The notes below the pieces were generated by a model, which was not told the origin of the DNA, searched no databases, and saw only the letters and a list, made by a program, of their open reading frames with translations. The position numbers and the translations under genes were made by a program. From contig JAVYME010000044.1 of the NCBI GenBank assembly GCA_038736825.1, forward strand, positions 1 to 7,166: 7,166 nt of DNA, given 5' to 3'. This DNA comes from Candidatus Iainarchaeum sp. Lineage in GTDB: Archaea > Iainarchaeota > Iainarchaeia > Iainarchaeales > DTGL01. Shown here in pieces: positions 5,730 to 7,166 of the stretch; positions within the stretch are counted from its first letter, which is position 1, and each line of letters starts with the position of its first letter.

Positions 5730-5772
5730 CCCTTTTTGCCCACTTTTTTAGAATTGCTTTTTTGGTGTAATT

Positions 5773-7166
5773 ATGGCTTTTGAGTTAAAACCCTATTCAG
5801 CCCTAGAAGAGGCAAAAATCCAAGACTTTTGGAAAAAAAACAAAATAATGGATAAAGCCAGAGCGCAAAGCTCAAAGAAAAAAAAGCCCTTTTATTTCAT
5901 GGACGGGCCGCCTTATGCAACAGGACACATTCACATGGGCACAGCCTTGAACAAAATACTAAAAGACGTGGCAATGCGCTCTCGCAGAATGCTTGGCTAC
6001 AATGTGTTTGACAGGCCGGGCTATGACACTCACGGCTTGCCTATAGAGAACAGGGTTGAAAAAGAGCTTGGCTTGAAAGACAAGCGTGAAATAGAAGCGC
6101 TTGGAGTGGAAAAATTTGTTGAAGAGTGCAGAAGTTTTGCCACCAAATACATTGGCACAATGAACTCTGAGTTTGAAAACCTTGGGGTTTGGATGGACTG
6201 GAATGACCCCTATATTACGCTTGAAAACGAGTACATTGAAGCCATATGGTGGGCTTTCAAGAAAGCTGAAGAAAAAGGCTTGCTGTATTTAGGGCAATAC
6301 CCAGTCCATGTTTGCCCGCACTGTGGCACAGCAGTAGCATACAACGAGATTGAATACACAAAACAAACAGACACTTCGGTTTACGTGAAATTTCCATTAA
6401 AAGACAAAAAAAGCGAGTTTTTGGTTGTATGGACTACAACTCCCTGGACTTTGCCAGGCAACACTGGCGTAATGGTAAACCCAGACTTTGAATACTCTTT
6501 TGTGAAACTAAGCAATGGCGAAACATGGATAATTGCAAAAGAAAAAGTTCAAGGTTTAATGGATGCAATAGAGGCAGGCTTCACAATAGAGAGAACAGTT
6601 AAAGGAAAAGAGTTAGAGGGACTGCAATACGAAAACCCGCTTTCAAAACACTTAAAACTGCCAAAAATGGATGGCGCTTACAGGGTGATTTTAAGCCAAA
6701 GATATGTAAACCTGGAAGAAGGCACAGGGCTTGTGCACACAGCCCCAGGACATGGAAAAGAAGACTTTGAAGAAGGCTCAAGGCAGGGCTTGCCTGCAAT
6801 CTCTCCAGTTGAAATAAACGGTTTAATGACTGAAGAGGCTGGAAAGTATGCTGGCAAAAAAGCAAGAATTGTTGACGAAGAAATAATCAGCGACTTAGAG
6901 GCAGAGGGCGCGCTTGTATTCAAGCACCCTTACACTCACGATTATCCGGTTTGCTGGAGATGCAATTCACCGCTTTTAATGCTTTCAACGCCGCAATGGT
7001 TTTTCAGCATAAAAAAAATACAAGGAAAGCTTTTAGAAGAAAACAAAAAAGTTCAATGGATTCCGCCATGGATGCAGGCAAGAATGCAAAACTGGCTTGA
7101 AAGCCTTGGAGACTGGCCTGTTTCAAGAAAAAGATATTGGGGAACCCCGTTGCCAATATGGGTTTG
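5773..7166 (+). CDS. ileS: Isoleucyl-tRNA synthetase, N-terminal ~464 codons (continues beyond the right window edge)
   Basis: Hand translation from ATG 5773 is open to the window end: MAFELKPYSALEEAKIQDFWKKNKIMDKA...FYFMDGPPYATGHIHMGTALNKILKD...GYDTHGLPIE...VCPHCGTAVAYNEIEY...VVWTTTPWTLPGNTGVMVNP...HTAPGHGKEDFE...CWRCNSPLL...QWFF...DWPVSRKRYWGTPLPIW. The TTTPWTLP, HTAPGHG.EDF and DW.VSR.RYWG.PLPIW blocks are IleRS-specific. An in-frame stop at 5749-5751 fixes the start. The ORF track misses it because it is edge-truncated. Confidence 0.95.
   Translation, partial: MAFELKPYSALEEAKIQDFWKKNKIMDKARAQSSKKKKPFYFMDGPPYATGHIHMGTALNKILKDVAMRSRRMLGYNVFDRPGYDTHGLPIENRVEKELGLKDKREIEALGVEKFVEECRSFATKYIGTMNSEFENLGVWMDWNDPYITLENEYIEAIWWAFKKAEEKGLLYLGQYPVHVCPHCGTAVAYNEIEYTKQTDTSVYVKFPLKDKKSEFLVVWTTTPWTLPGNTGVMVNPDFEYSFVKLSNGETWIIAKEKVQGLMDAIEAGFTIERTVKGKELEGLQYENPLSKHLKLPKMDGAYRVILSQRYVNLEEGTGLVHTAPGHGKEDFEEGSRQGLPAISPVEINGLMTEEAGKYAGKKARIVDEEIISDLEAEGALVFKHPYTHDYPVCWRCNSPLLMLSTPQWFFSIKKIQGKLLEENKKVQWIPPWMQARMQNWLESLGDWPVSRKRYWGTPLPIWV

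Noticed and set aside
5917-5940. IleRS HIGH motif reading HMGT
   Set aside because: As far as I recall, H-[LM]-G-T-A-x-N-K is the usual form in archaeal-type IleRS, so this is not evidence of degeneration.
6599-6923. Minus-strand ORFs 6599..6865 and 6678..6923
   Set aside because: They are antisense shadows inside the ileS CDS with no motifs.
1-7166. CRISPR arrays, tandem repeats, IS elements, toxin-antitoxin or defence gene clusters
   Set aside because: No regularly spaced direct repeats, terminal inverted repeats or transposase-like ORFs were visible. Every sizeable ORF except the 110-aa one is accounted for by a housekeeping family. The two aaRS genes flanking the window look like coincidence in a dense genome.

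Overview
This is an AT-rich, tightly packed archaeal chromosomal segment. The evidence for archaeal origin is a group II chaperonin, a Sulfolobus-type single-OB SSB, archaeal-type class I aaRS genes, oligo-T terminators and TATA-like promoter boxes. The compact layout and a gene-encoded tRNA-Ile(UAU) suggest a small-genome lineage such as DPANN or Nanoarchaeota, but that is inference only. Gene order: valS (minus strand, N-terminal part, runs off the left edge), thermosome (+), AlkD-like DNA alkylation repair protein (-), UPF0200-like P-loop kinase (+), overlapping 2x TM-helix-repeat membrane protein (+), SSB (+), tRNA-Ile(UAU) (+), an unrecognised 110-aa basic protein (-), and ileS (+, N-terminal part, runs off the right edge). 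The ORF track omits the two edge-truncated aaRS genes; I translated them by hand. Several track ORFs begin at TTG and are probably too long at the 5' end. I see no CRISPR array, transposase, integrase, toxin-antitoxin pair or recognisable defence system, so the window is essentially housekeeping. The most interesting locus is the rare tRNA-Ile(UAU), which implies AUA decoding without agmatidine. It sits next to ileS with an uncharacterised small ORF wedged between them. Minor observations are oligo-T terminators that double as Lys-rich C-terminal tails of convergent genes, apparently shared TATA boxes in very short divergent intergenic regions, a palindrome at the thermosome promoter, and an SSB acidic tail ending in Phe.
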